A DNA stretch of 64,000 nt. Source: an uncultured Acidobacteriota bacterium. Its GTDB lineage: Bacteria; Acidobacteriota; UBA4820; DSQY01. The stretch spans positions 17,780 to 81,779 of the forward strand of contig CAVRTJ010000006.1 of assembly GCA_963724125.1 (NCBI GenBank). Direction: 5' to 3'. The translations under genes and the position numbers were made by a program. The notes under the pieces are model-generated. The model ran no database searches. It was not told the origin of the DNA and worked only from the letters and a program-made list of their open reading frames with translations. This document shows positions 1-8,544 of the stretch, one piece after another. Within the stretch, counting starts at the first letter, position 1, and each line of letters begins with the position of its first letter.

Positions 1-487
1 TCTCCGAGGTAGCGGACGACCTCGAGAGTCAATCCCGGTTCGAGCGATGCATAGAAGTCGCGTGCGTGGTAGTTTCGTCCCGCGACGGGAACGGTTCTGA
101 AGACCGGGGTACCCTCGGCGGCCTTTTCGACCGAGGTCAGGTCCACGCCTACGCTGCGAAACGCCGAATCGTCCGAGGCGGCGATCAACCTGCCGTGCCG
201 CCCGATGAGCCTGAACAAGATCTTCCGCGGTCCAATCGAGCTCGCCTCGCGCTCGAACTCGGCCTGCATGGCGCCCGGTCCCCCGGCTTGGACCAGTTCG
301 GAGAATTCCTTCGCCTTGTCCTTCAGCCAGTTGTCCGACCTGTTTTCCAGGCCGGCCTTCAGAAAGAGGTAGAAACTGATGAACAGAACGATCAGCGAGA
401 AGGCGATCGCGCCCGCGAGGGCGAGCGTCAGCCGGAAAGGCCACGCTGCCGGGCAGGTGCTTGCGGATCCTGGACAAGGCGATCACC
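1..487 (-). CDS. Heavy-metal sensor histidine kinase (CusS/CopS-like), N-terminal part. The gene continues beyond the window start. Probable GTG start at 487 with a 1-nt frame disruption near 440.
   Basis: The minus-strand translation gives AWPFRLTLALAGAIAFSLIVLFISFYLFLKAGLENRSDNWLKDKAKEFSELV, followed by an extracytoplasmic-looking domain. This matches the N-terminal TM1 plus periplasmic architecture of CusS-type kinases. The + strand ORF 66..590 translates to low-complexity Arg/Gly-rich sequence, consistent with antisense. Confidence 0.4.
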
Positions 488-746
488 TCACGGTTCGGGC
501 CGGAACCCTGACTCGCTCTTCCACGCCGGGCCGTCGCTACGAGACTATCCGATGCCACGGGTCTCCGTCCAGTGCCCGAAGGCCTCATAGAACCTGCCGG
601 GCCATTGCGGCTAGAATAAAGGCAAAAGACGCGGTGTTCTGACCATGAGCGGCAGGTCGGCTCCGGCAGGGCTCACGCAAGAACCGGGCGAAGAAGATGT
701 CTTCCCGTACGTGCCGACCCCCCGGCCGAAAGAACAGGGTGCTGGA

Positions 747-1760
747 ATGGCCTATGAAGCAGCCGGAAAACAGGTGCTAGTGACCGGCGCCACCGGACTC
801 ATCGGCGGCAGGGTAGCATCCCGCCTTCTCGCCATGGGTGCCGCAGTCAGGGTGCTTGCGCGAAAGCCCGAAAAAGCCTCGAAGCTCGCCAGTACGGGCG
901 CCGAGGTGGCCCCGGGCGACATGGCCGATGCTGCCAGCCTTCGGGCTGCCGTCCGGGATTGCAGCGCGGTGTTCCACTTTGCGGGCGTGCTCGGCGACGA
1001 GTTCAAGCCCTGGAGCTACTTCCAGCAGGTCAACGTCGACGGGACCCGCGCCCTCGCGGAAGCGGCGCTCGAGAACAGCGTAGAACGCTTCGTACATGCC
1101 AGTACGGTGGCAGTATACGGGTTCGACGCCCCCGCCGGGACCAACGAACGAACGCCCCGCGCCAAAACGGGCGATCCCTACAGCGACACCAAGCGCGAAG
1201 GTCAGGAGGCCGTGGAGAGCCTGGCCCGCGAACGCGGCCTGCCGGCCGTCATCGTGCAGCCTTCTCAGGTCTACGGCCCGGGCGATGAAACCTGGACGGG
1301 CGGCCCCGCCCGCCTGGCGTTGGCCCACAAACTGCTTCTCCCGGGCGGCGGTTGCGGCCTCCTCCAGCCGATCTTCGTCGACGACCTCGCCGACGGCATC
1401 CTCGCCGCAGCCCGGGAGGGGGAAAACGGCGAGGCCTACATCTTGTGCGGGCCCGAGGTCGTTACCGTTGCCGACTTTTTCGGCCGCCTCGCCCGGATGG
1501 CCGGCCGTGAGAAAATACCTTCGGTTCCCGCTTGGCTGGCGCTCTCCACCGCCGGTCTGGCCGAAATCTGGTCGCGCCTGTCCCGCCGCCCGCCGGCGTT
1601 CTCTCGCAGCGCAGTCCGCTTCGTCACGCAGAGGGAGACCACTTTCGACGGAAAGAAAGCCGCCGACGCGCTGGGGTTCCATCCAAAGACGTCTCTGGAA
1701 GAAGGGCTGGCCGCCGTGCGGGCGTGGTTCGAAGCCGGCGGCCTCGGCCGGCCCGCCTAA
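747..1760 (+). CDS. NAD-dependent epimerase/dehydratase family protein (SDR, Rossmann fold).
   Basis: N-terminal VLVTGATGLIGGRVASRLL (GxxGxxG) and the overall SDR-extended pattern. The ATG at 747 places the glycine motif about 10 residues from the N-terminus. The upstream ATG at 645 is a less likely start. Confidence 0.8.
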   Translation: MAYEAAGKQVLVTGATGLIGGRVASRLLAMGAAVRVLARKPEKASKLASTGAEVAPGDMADAASLRAAVRDCSAVFHFAGVLGDEFKPWSYFQQVNVDGTRALAEAALENSVERFVHASTVAVYGFDAPAGTNERTPRAKTGDPYSDTKREGQEAVESLARERGLPAVIVQPSQVYGPGDETWTGGPARLALAHKLLLPGGGCGLLQPIFVDDLADGILAAAREGENGEAYILCGPEVVTVADFFGRLARMAGREKIPSVPAWLALSTAGLAEIWSRLSRRPPAFSRSAVRFVTQRETTFDGKKAADALGFHPKTSLEEGLAAVRAWFEAGGLGRPA

Positions 1761-1867
1761 GGCGGCTCCCGCGCCGCGCCGCCGGGAGGCGGACCTCCCA
1801 CGGAAAAGGGATTGAGGAAGGACACGACGGGGCCGGCCCGGACAGGTCGGGTCCCGAAGGAGGTTCC

Positions 1868-2989
1868 ATGCGGACCGCGACCGATTCCCGCCCTGCACAT
1901 GCTTCCACCGATGAAGACCAATCTCCCGAGCCTAGCGGCAAACGGATCCGCCTTCGGCCCGGCATCGCGACATGCCTTCTAATGTTCGTGCTGTTGCCGG
2001 CCCTTCCGGCACGGGCCGGCTCCGTCCCGCCACCGCCGCGCACCTCCGAAGCCGCGACACGCGTCATAAGGCCCGCCTGGTCGGCCTACGCGCGGGTCAG
2101 GCCTCTCGGACGCTCCAGGGTCTCCGCCCTTCTGGACGGCACGCTCAGCGACTTCGCGGCGTATCCCGGCATGACAGTTACGCGGGGCGAGGTCCTGGGA
2201 CGGCTGACCGGAACCGAACACAGGCAGGAAGCCGCCGAAGCAAAGGCCCGCCTCAACGAAGCGCGCTCTTCCCTTGCTGTCGCTCTGAAAGCGCAACAGG
2301 CCGCGCGGCGGACCTATCCCGCCATCAGCGACCGCCTCAAGCTCGAAGAGACAGCGGGAGCCGTAGAGAATGCCCGTGCCGCCTTCGCCTCGGCCCTCGC
2401 GCGCTGGCGATTCGTGCGGGACAACAGCGTCATCAGAGCACCCTCGCCGGGAGTCGTAACTAGGCTCCGCATCGCGAACGGCGACACCGTGCGCGCGGGA
2501 CAACCCTTGCTGGAACTGGAAAACGCCAACGCGCTCTGGATTTACGGAATCTACTATGGACCGACCGTGCGGAACCTGGCCCGGGGTCTGCTGGGCCATT
2601 TCAAGCCGCTCGACGGCGGGCCCGCCGCTCCCGTCAAGGTCGCCGGCCTCGTGCCCTCGGTCCGCCCGGACGGGGGAACGGGCGTGGACTGCCGGATCCG
2701 GGGCCGCGGACGTCTTCGCGAAGGCGAGGCGGGCACGCTGATCCTCCGGGGACGTGCGAAGAAGGTCACCGTCGTTCCCACGTCCGCCCTGGTCCTGCAG
2801 GGCGGGCGGTGGTACGTCGTCCTTCGCGCCAAGGACGGCGACACGCGCGAGCCGGTCGAACCGGGCCGGAGACTGGGCGAATGGACGGTCGTTCGGAAAG
2901 GTCTGCGTCCAGGCCAGGAGGTCGTGGTGAGGGACGCCTATCTCGTCTTCCACGAGAACGTGGCGCGCTCGTACACGCCGCCTGACTGA
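1868..2989 (+). CDS. Efflux RND transporter periplasmic adaptor subunit (membrane fusion protein, HlyD/CusB/CzcB-like).
   Basis: AAGGAGG RBS 6 nt upstream of the ATG at 1868. Signal/TM segment LLMFVLLPALPARAGS, a coiled-coil region, beta-barrel motifs (VIRAPSPGVV, GQPLLELEN) and a C-terminal domain typical of MFPs. The gene lies immediately upstream of the RND permease. Confidence 0.8.
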   Translation: MRTATDSRPAHASTDEDQSPEPSGKRIRLRPGIATCLLMFVLLPALPARAGSVPPPPRTSEAATRVIRPAWSAYARVRPLGRSRVSALLDGTLSDFAAYPGMTVTRGEVLGRLTGTEHRQEAAEAKARLNEARSSLAVALKAQQAARRTYPAISDRLKLEETAGAVENARAAFASALARWRFVRDNSVIRAPSPGVVTRLRIANGDTVRAGQPLLELENANALWIYGIYYGPTVRNLARGLLGHFKPLDGGPAAPVKVAGLVPSVRPDGGTGVDCRIRGRGRLREGEAGTLILRGRAKKVTVVPTSALVLQGGRWYVVLRAKDGDTREPVEPGRRLGEWTVVRKGLRPGQEVVVRDAYLVFHENVARSYTPPD

Positions 2990-2998
2990 AGGCCTCCC

Positions 2999-5900
2999 AT
3001 GAACATAGAGAAACCGCTCGCAGCCGCCATCAAGAAGCCCGTCGCCACGGTCCTCGTCTACGGGGTCCTGCTCGTTCTCGGACTGTACGCGCTCGTCCGG
3101 ATTCCCGTGGAGGTCCTACCCCGCTTCGACTACCCTGAAATAGCGATCATCGTGCACTATCCCGGCGCAACCACCGAAGACCTCGAAAACCAAGTCTGCC
3201 GGCCGCTCGAGGGGAGCCTTCTCGTGCTGCCTGCGCTGTCCTCCCTGCGCTCGGTCATGGGGCAGAACACGCTCGAGATCGACGCGCGCTTCCGCGGGGG
3301 AAGCAGCGCCCAGATGGACCTCCAAGCGACTTACAGCGCCATCGACCGCTCCCGGGCGCTCCTGCCTCCGTCGGTACATCCCCGCGCGGAGATCATGGGG
3401 GCGGCCATCGACGAGGTGGCGGACTACGCGCTGGAAATCCCAGCCGGAGTCAGGCCCATGGTCGCCCAGCGCGCCGTCCTGACCCGCGTAGCCCTGGCGG
3501 TGCGAGCGGTCAGCGGCATACGGAGGGTCGAAGTCTTCGGCAGCGGCACCGAATCGCTCTGGATACAGCCGAATCCGATGGCGCTGCGGCACTACGGAGT
3601 CTCTTGGCCCGACTCGCGTCGGCCGTTCGGAAACAGGTTCTGCTCGGGCCGGCGGGCTACCTCCGGCTCGGGCACCAGGACGTCCTCATCCAGGCCCGCG
3701 ATCTGCCTGCGCGGGTCGACGAACTCGCCTCGGTCACCGTCCCCGCTCCCGCGGGTCCCGTTCCATTGCACGCCCTGGCGAAGATATCCTTCGCCGCCAG
3801 GCCCATCCGTTACGGGAGGATCTGGACGGCAGGCGGACCATCGCCACGCTCGTGTTCAAGCACGGCAACGCGTCCACCCTGCCTGTCAGGCGGCGGTCGC
3901 CCGGACGGTCCGTTCACTCGCAGGTGAACTGCCCGCCGGCACGCACTGGATAAGGATCTACAGTCAGGGGCACCTGGTTCGCCTGATCGGGCACGACCTC
4001 GGCAGAAACCTCGTCATGGGAGGCATCCTGGCGATCCTGGTCCTATTCTGGCTCCTCGGAATGCACCGGGGGGTCTGGATCCTTGCCCGAGCATCCCCAT
4101 GTCCCTCCTGCCGGGAATCGCGGGGCTCCTACTTCACGGGCCAGAGCCTGAACCTGCTTACCCTTGGCGCCCTTTCGGTGGCCGTGGGCCTTCTGGCGGA
4201 TGACGGCATCATCGTTCTCGAAAGCATCTACCACCGCTGGGAACTCGGGTTCGAGGGGCGGGAGGGCATCCGCCGTGGTCTTTTGGACATAGCCTCCCCC
4301 GACGTGACGGGCACGATGACCACCGTGTCGGTGTTCCTTCCTTTCCTGTTCGTCGGAGGCCTCGCGGCTCTGTTTCTCGTGCCCTTCGCCCTGGCCATGG
4401 GGCTGTCGCTGCTCGCGTCACTGGTCATCTCCCTCACCCTCATACCGCTGCTGCTGGCCCTAGCCGGTCCCCCGAGACGCGGCTCCAGGGCGGCCGGAGC
4501 CGGCGTCGTGGGCTGGCTCGAAAGGCGCAACGAGAGACTCCTCGGTCTCACGCTCTCCCATCCCCGCTGGAGCCTGGCGACGGCCGTCGTCCTCCTGTTC
4601 GTGAGCGCGGGGGTCCTGGTCTTCGTGCCCTTCGACTTCCTGCCCCTGCCCAACGAAGGCGTCCTGCTGGACAGCTTCACGCTCCCCCCCGGCACGGCGC
4701 TGAAAGAAACCCGCGGGGCCGTTTCGCGCCTGACCGCGAAGCTCCGCGCGGACCACGACGTAGCCCACACCCTGACACGCATCGGTTCGGCGGGAGGCAC
4801 GAGCTACACCGAGCCGGATTACGCAGGCGAAATACAGGTGCGGCTTAAGCCGGGCGTCGACGTCAAGAGCCTGGACAGGCTCGCAGCCCGCCTAGTGCGA
4901 GAGAGCGAATGGATGGGGTGCAGCAGAGCGTGGATACGCCCACAATCGAGCGTCTTGGCGAGAGCCTGTCCGGGCTGCCCCAGCCCTTCGCCGTCACCGT
5001 CTACGGGAATCGCATCAGCACGCTCAGGCGCCTGTCGGACGAGGTCACGGCGCGCCTCAGGACCGTGCCTGACCTGACGGATCTATTCAACAACGACGCC
5101 TACCCGGTCACACAGCTGCGGATCGTGCCCAGACCCGCCGCCATGGCTCTCTACGGGATGGCGCCGGCCTCTCTCTACGACCAGGTACTCCCAGCCGTGG
5201 GCGGCGAGGTGCTCGCACGAGTACCGCAGGGCGCGTACCACACGGACATCTACCTCCGGCTGCCCCGCGCACCCGACCTCGGCATCCGCGGGCTGAGCAA
5301 GCTCCTTTTGAAAACCGCAAGCGGATGGACCCCCCTGGGCAGGCTGGCAAATCTTGAGATGGTGTCAGGCCCCAACGAAATCCGCCATATTGACGGAGCG
5401 AGAGCGCTGCAGATCATGGCGACCCCGACCGGGCCACTCGGCTCAACCGTTTCCGCGGCACGGCGAGCGCTCAGGGGACTCCACCTCCCGCCGGGCTACC
5501 GGATCGCCTTTGGAGGACTCATCGCAAGGCTTGAGAAGGAAGCATTGGGCCTCCTACTGGGCGCGGTCGGGGCGCTTGTGCTCATGACGGGAATACTGCT
5601 GCTCCAGTTCGACGGCCTGCTGCTGCCGGGCATCCTGCTCCTCGAAATGCCCCTCGCCTTCACCGGGGGCGCCCTGGCTCTGGGATTGAGCGGCGTGGGA
5701 CTGAACGCGACCGGAGTGGTCGGACTCCTGACGCTCGTCGGGATCAGCCTCAATCACGACATCGTTCTTCTCCACGCCGCCAGGCGCAATGAGGCGGACG
5801 GGATGATCCGTGAAGACGCGGTGCGTGCAGCGGTCTCGGTTCGCTTCCGCCCCATACTTCTCACCACCCTCACAGCGGCCCTCGGCATGCTGCCCACGGC

Positions 5901-6054
5901 CCTCGGCTGGGGTCTCGGCGCGGAACCCGAACAGGGTCTGGCCCTCGTCATCTTAGGGGGCGTCATCTGGAGTTCGGTGCTGAGCACGAACCTGATTCCG
6001 GCCCTGTACCTTCACTGGGCGCGGCCGCCGAAAGCCGGTCGGGACGAGACGTGA
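2999..6054 (+). pseudogene. RND efflux permease (HAE1/HME CzcA/CusA-like, ~1018 codons) interrupted by at least 5 frame changes. Either a pseudogene or indel errors.
   Basis: RND N-terminus MNIEKPLAAAIKKPVATVLVYGVLLVLGLYALVRIPVEVLPRFDYPEIAIIVHYPGATTEDLE in frame 2. Continuation in frame 1 (3604-3830: LARLASAVRKQVLLGPAGYLRLGHQDVLIQARDL). Back to frame 2 (GILAILVLFWLLG). A brief shift near 4070-4120 (correct reading IPMSLLPGIAGLLLHG). Then frame 1 from about 4905 for the C-terminal half (TM7-12, GVVGLLTLVGISLNHDIVLL). Confidence 0.75.
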
Positions 6055-6090
6055 TTGCCGGTCCCGCTTAGACCTCTGGTGCAGTTCGCC

Positions 6091-6789
6091 TCAGCCCTGA
6101 CCACTGTCCTCTCTGCGCGGAGATTCGAGCATGTAGCCCACGCCCCTGAGGGTCCTTATCAGCTTCTTTTCGAACCCCTTGTCGACCTTGTCTCTCAGCC
6201 GGCTGATCCGTGCCTCCACCACGTTCGACTGAGGATCGAAGTTGTAGTCCCAGACGTGCTGCATGATCATCGTCCGCGAGACCACGCGGCCCGCGTTCCG
6301 CATCAGGTATTCGAGAAGAGCGAACTCGCGCGGCTGGAGGTCGATGGCCATCCCCGCCCGGCTGACCTCGTGCGTGAGGAGGTCGAGTTCGAGGTCGCCG
6401 GCCACCAGGCTGCTGGGCTCCGTTGCACCGGACGCCCGCCTGAGCAGGGCCTGGACCCTGGCCATCAATTCGGAGAAAGCGAAGGGCTTGGTGAGATAGT
6501 CATCGCTTCCGGAGTAGAGGCCCCTGACCCTGTCTTCCACCGAGCGCTTTGCGCTTAGTATCAGGACAGGGACGTTGACCTTGCGGCTTCTCAGTTCTCG
6601 TATGACCTCCAGGCCCTCGAGTTTAGGCAGCATCACGTCCACCAGCAGGCAGTCGTACGGTTCCGCGAGAGCCATGTTAAGGCCCTCCTCGCCGTTTGCG
6701 GCGTGATCCACCGCGAAACCGGCCTGCCGAAGGCCCTTCGTCACGAATGCGACGATCTTTACGTCGTCTTCTATAAGGAGTAAGCGCAT
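6091..6789 (-). CDS. OmpR-family response regulator, heavy-metal type (CusR/CopR-like).
   Basis: MRLLLIEDDVKIVAFVTKGL..LLVDVMLPKLEGLEV receiver domain plus a winged-helix C-terminus (LLEYLMRNAGRVVSRTMIMQHVWDYNFDPQSNVVEARISRLRDKV..IRTLRGVGY). Confidence 0.9.
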   Translation of the reverse strand: MRLLLIEDDVKIVAFVTKGLRQAGFAVDHAANGEEGLNMALAEPYDCLLVDVMLPKLEGLEVIRELRSRKVNVPVLILSAKRSVEDRVRGLYSGSDDYLTKPFAFSELMARVQALLRRASGATEPSSLVAGDLELDLLTHEVSRAGMAIDLQPREFALLEYLMRNAGRVVSRTMIMQHVWDYNFDPQSNVVEARISRLRDKVDKGFEKKLIRTLRGVGYMLESPRREDSGQG

Positions 6790-7026
6790 GGAACCCCCCC
6801 TGCCGTCAGCGCCGCTTTTGATACCTCAGCTTTAAGTCTAATCGGAAAAGGGCCTGTCTTCCAATCCTGGTCCTTCGTGCAACGAAGCCGGGACCTCCTT
6901 AAGGACCAGCCGGCCCCTGCCAGGTTCCTTCGACAAATGCGCCTACCGCGTGCCGCCCGGGGCGTTGCTTTTTGCCCGCCCCTACCCTAAACTTCCACCT
7001 GCGTCCGAGCAGAGCAGGAGTGATGT

Positions 7027-7377
7027 ATGGGATGGTTCAACAAGACGCCTCCGCCCCCTCCGCCGAAGACCGTGATAGCCGGCGGTACCTGGATTAACGG
7101 CACCCTCACGACCCGGTCCGAGATAGAGCTCGAGGGACGAGTTACTGGCGCCTTGAAGACCTATGCCTCGCTCCGCATTCTCCCCGGAGGGACTCTCGAA
7201 GGCGAAGCAGACTGCAGGCGCGGCGACTGCGGCGGCACCCTGAAGGGGTCCGTGCGGGCATCCGAGATGATGATTTTCAGGGAAACGGCGGCATGGCGCG
7301 GCGAGCTGAGCACACCCAAGTTGTCCATAGAGAAGGGGGCCAGGCTGGAAGGCCGCCTCCAAGAGAGATCGAAGTGA
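7027..7377 (+). CDS. Bactofilin-family polymer-forming cytoskeletal protein (DUF583).
   Basis: Pro-rich N-terminus, then a repetitive beta-helix pattern: TVIAGGTWINGTLTTRSEIELEGRVTGALK..LRILPGGTLEGEADC..LKGSVRASEMMIFRETAAWRGELSTPKLSIEKGARLEGRL. Confidence 0.6.
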   Translation: MGWFNKTPPPPPPKTVIAGGTWINGTLTTRSEIELEGRVTGALKTYASLRILPGGTLEGEADCRRGDCGGTLKGSVRASEMMIFRETAAWRGELSTPKLSIEKGARLEGRLQERSK

Positions 7378-7979
7378 AACTCTACGCCATCACGGACAGG
7401 ACCCTGCAGGCGTCGGGCGACCTGATTGTTCAGGCATCGAGTCTCATCAGGGCCGGTGTCGACTTCCTGCAGGTCAGGGAAAAGGACCTGTGCGACGCCG
7501 CACTGCTCGGCGTCCTCAAGATCCTTGCGCCGGAAGCCCGCCGCTTCGGTTGTACCCTTCTGGTCAACGGGCGGCCGGACCTCGCCCTGCTCTCCGGAGC
7601 GGGTGGCGTCCATCTTCCTTCGCGCGGCATTTCGACGGCGGACGCCCGGAGCCTCCTGCCGAGGCCGTTCATGGTGGTTCGCAGCTGCCACAGCATGGAC
7701 GAGGTTCTCCTCGCCGCCCAGGAAGGCGCCGACGCGGCAACGGCAGGACCCGTCTACGAAACACCGTCAAAAAAAGCCTACGGGCCACCGATGGGCCTCC
7801 GGACCTTCGCGGCCATCTGCACGGCCTCACCGATTCCCGTCTTCGGTCTCGGCGGCGTGGACGAAGAGCGTCTGGGGCCCGTACGGTCATCCGGTGCCGC
7901 CGGTATCGCGGCCATTAGGCTTTTCTGCGCCATGAAAAACCCTTACGAGGGCGTACCGGCCATCCGGGGACGCTTTTGA
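7374..7979 (+). CDS. thiE: Thiamine-phosphate synthase.
   Basis: VKLYAITDR..AGVDFLQVREKDL..LLVNGRPDLALLSGAGGVHL..GPVYETPSKKAYGPPMGL..IPVFGLGGV. The GTG start at 7374 overlaps the bactofilin stop (GTGA). Confidence 0.8.
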   Translation: MKLYAITDRTLQASGDLIVQASSLIRAGVDFLQVREKDLCDAALLGVLKILAPEARRFGCTLLVNGRPDLALLSGAGGVHLPSRGISTADARSLLPRPFMVVRSCHSMDEVLLAAQEGADAATAGPVYETPSKKAYGPPMGLRTFAAICTASPIPVFGLGGVDEERLGPVRSSGAAGIAAIRLFCAMKNPYEGVPAIRGRF

Positions 7980-8044
7980 TCGAACCCCTCTCGTCGCCAC
8001 GCGGGCGACACGTCTGCCGGCGCCGTCTCGGACCGAGCAATATT

Positions 8045-8073
8045 TTGACCCTGCTTATGTTTTACCCTAAGAT
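8045..8073 (+). promoter_or_regulatory. Candidate sigma70 promoter for ccmE-ccmF (TTGACC, 17-nt spacer, TAAGAT).
   Basis: Read directly from the sequence, about 45 nt upstream of the ccmE start. A GGAG RBS lies at 8107. Confidence 0.4.
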
Positions 8074-8118
8074 CAGGGTTTGGGATTTGTGCCTGATTCG
8101 CATCACGGAGGTTAAACG

Positions 8119-8532
8119 ATGAAAGTAAAACTGACGGTGGGTCTCATCATCGTCTTGGGCGCTGTTGGCCTTTTTTTCCTTTCCAGTACCGGCAACACTA
8201 AACCAGTCTACTACTACAGTCCGACGCAGTTCATCCAGAAGCCGAGCCTGAAAAACGACAGGCTCCGCCTGAAAGGGACCATAAAGCCGGGCACGGTCAA
8301 ACAGTCCAAGGACAAGATAAACCTGTGGTTCGACGTGACCGACGGCAAAGACAGCGTGCCGGTGCACTACCGCGGCGCCGTACCGGACGCCTTCCAGGAA
8401 GGGCTCGAAGTCGTCGTCGACGGACGCATGGGCGACAAGGGTACCTTTCAGGCCAACGAGCTGATCGTGAAGTGCCCGTCAAAGTACGAGTCTAAAAATA
8501 CCGGCCCGAGCGCAAAGGGCCCGACCGCTTAA
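8119..8532 (+). CDS. ccmE: Cytochrome c-type biogenesis heme chaperone CcmE, CXXXY variant.
   Basis: N-terminal membrane anchor, the OB-fold pattern (VYYYSPTQF..DRLRLKGTIKPGTV..INLWFDVTDGKDSVPVHYRGAVPDAFQEGLEVVVDGRM) and a C-terminal IVKCPSKYES in which Cys replaces the canonical heme-binding His of HxxxY. Confidence 0.85.
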   Translation: MKVKLTVGLIIVLGAVGLFFLSSTGNTKPVYYYSPTQFIQKPSLKNDRLRLKGTIKPGTVKQSKDKINLWFDVTDGKDSVPVHYRGAVPDAFQEGLEVVVDGRMGDKGTFQANELIVKCPSKYESKNTGPSAKGPTA

Positions 8533-8544
8533 AGGTATGCACGT

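Noticed and set aside
66-590. 174-aa plus-strand ORF at the window start.
   Set aside because: The translation is Arg/Gly-rich low-complexity sequence. The opposite strand gives a convincing CusS-type TM plus sensor N-terminus, so this ORF is taken as antisense.
777-1898. 373-aa minus-strand ORF and other long Arg-rich ORFs (for example 9025-9750, 19680-20660, 36449-37849, 41205-42086, 43204-44736, 49096-50196).
   Set aside because: All lie antisense to genes with strong homology signatures. They have a high Arg/Pro/Gly content and no motifs, which is the typical shadow-ORF pattern in ~65% GC DNA.
6790-7026. Possible TPP riboswitch upstream of the bactofilin-thiE pair.
   Set aside because: No CUGAGA/ACYTGA core or thi-box-like helices found by eye.
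7993-8009. GTCGCC-ACGC-GGGCGAC hairpin after thiE as a terminator.
   Set aside because: No downstream U-tract, so not called as a rho-independent terminator.
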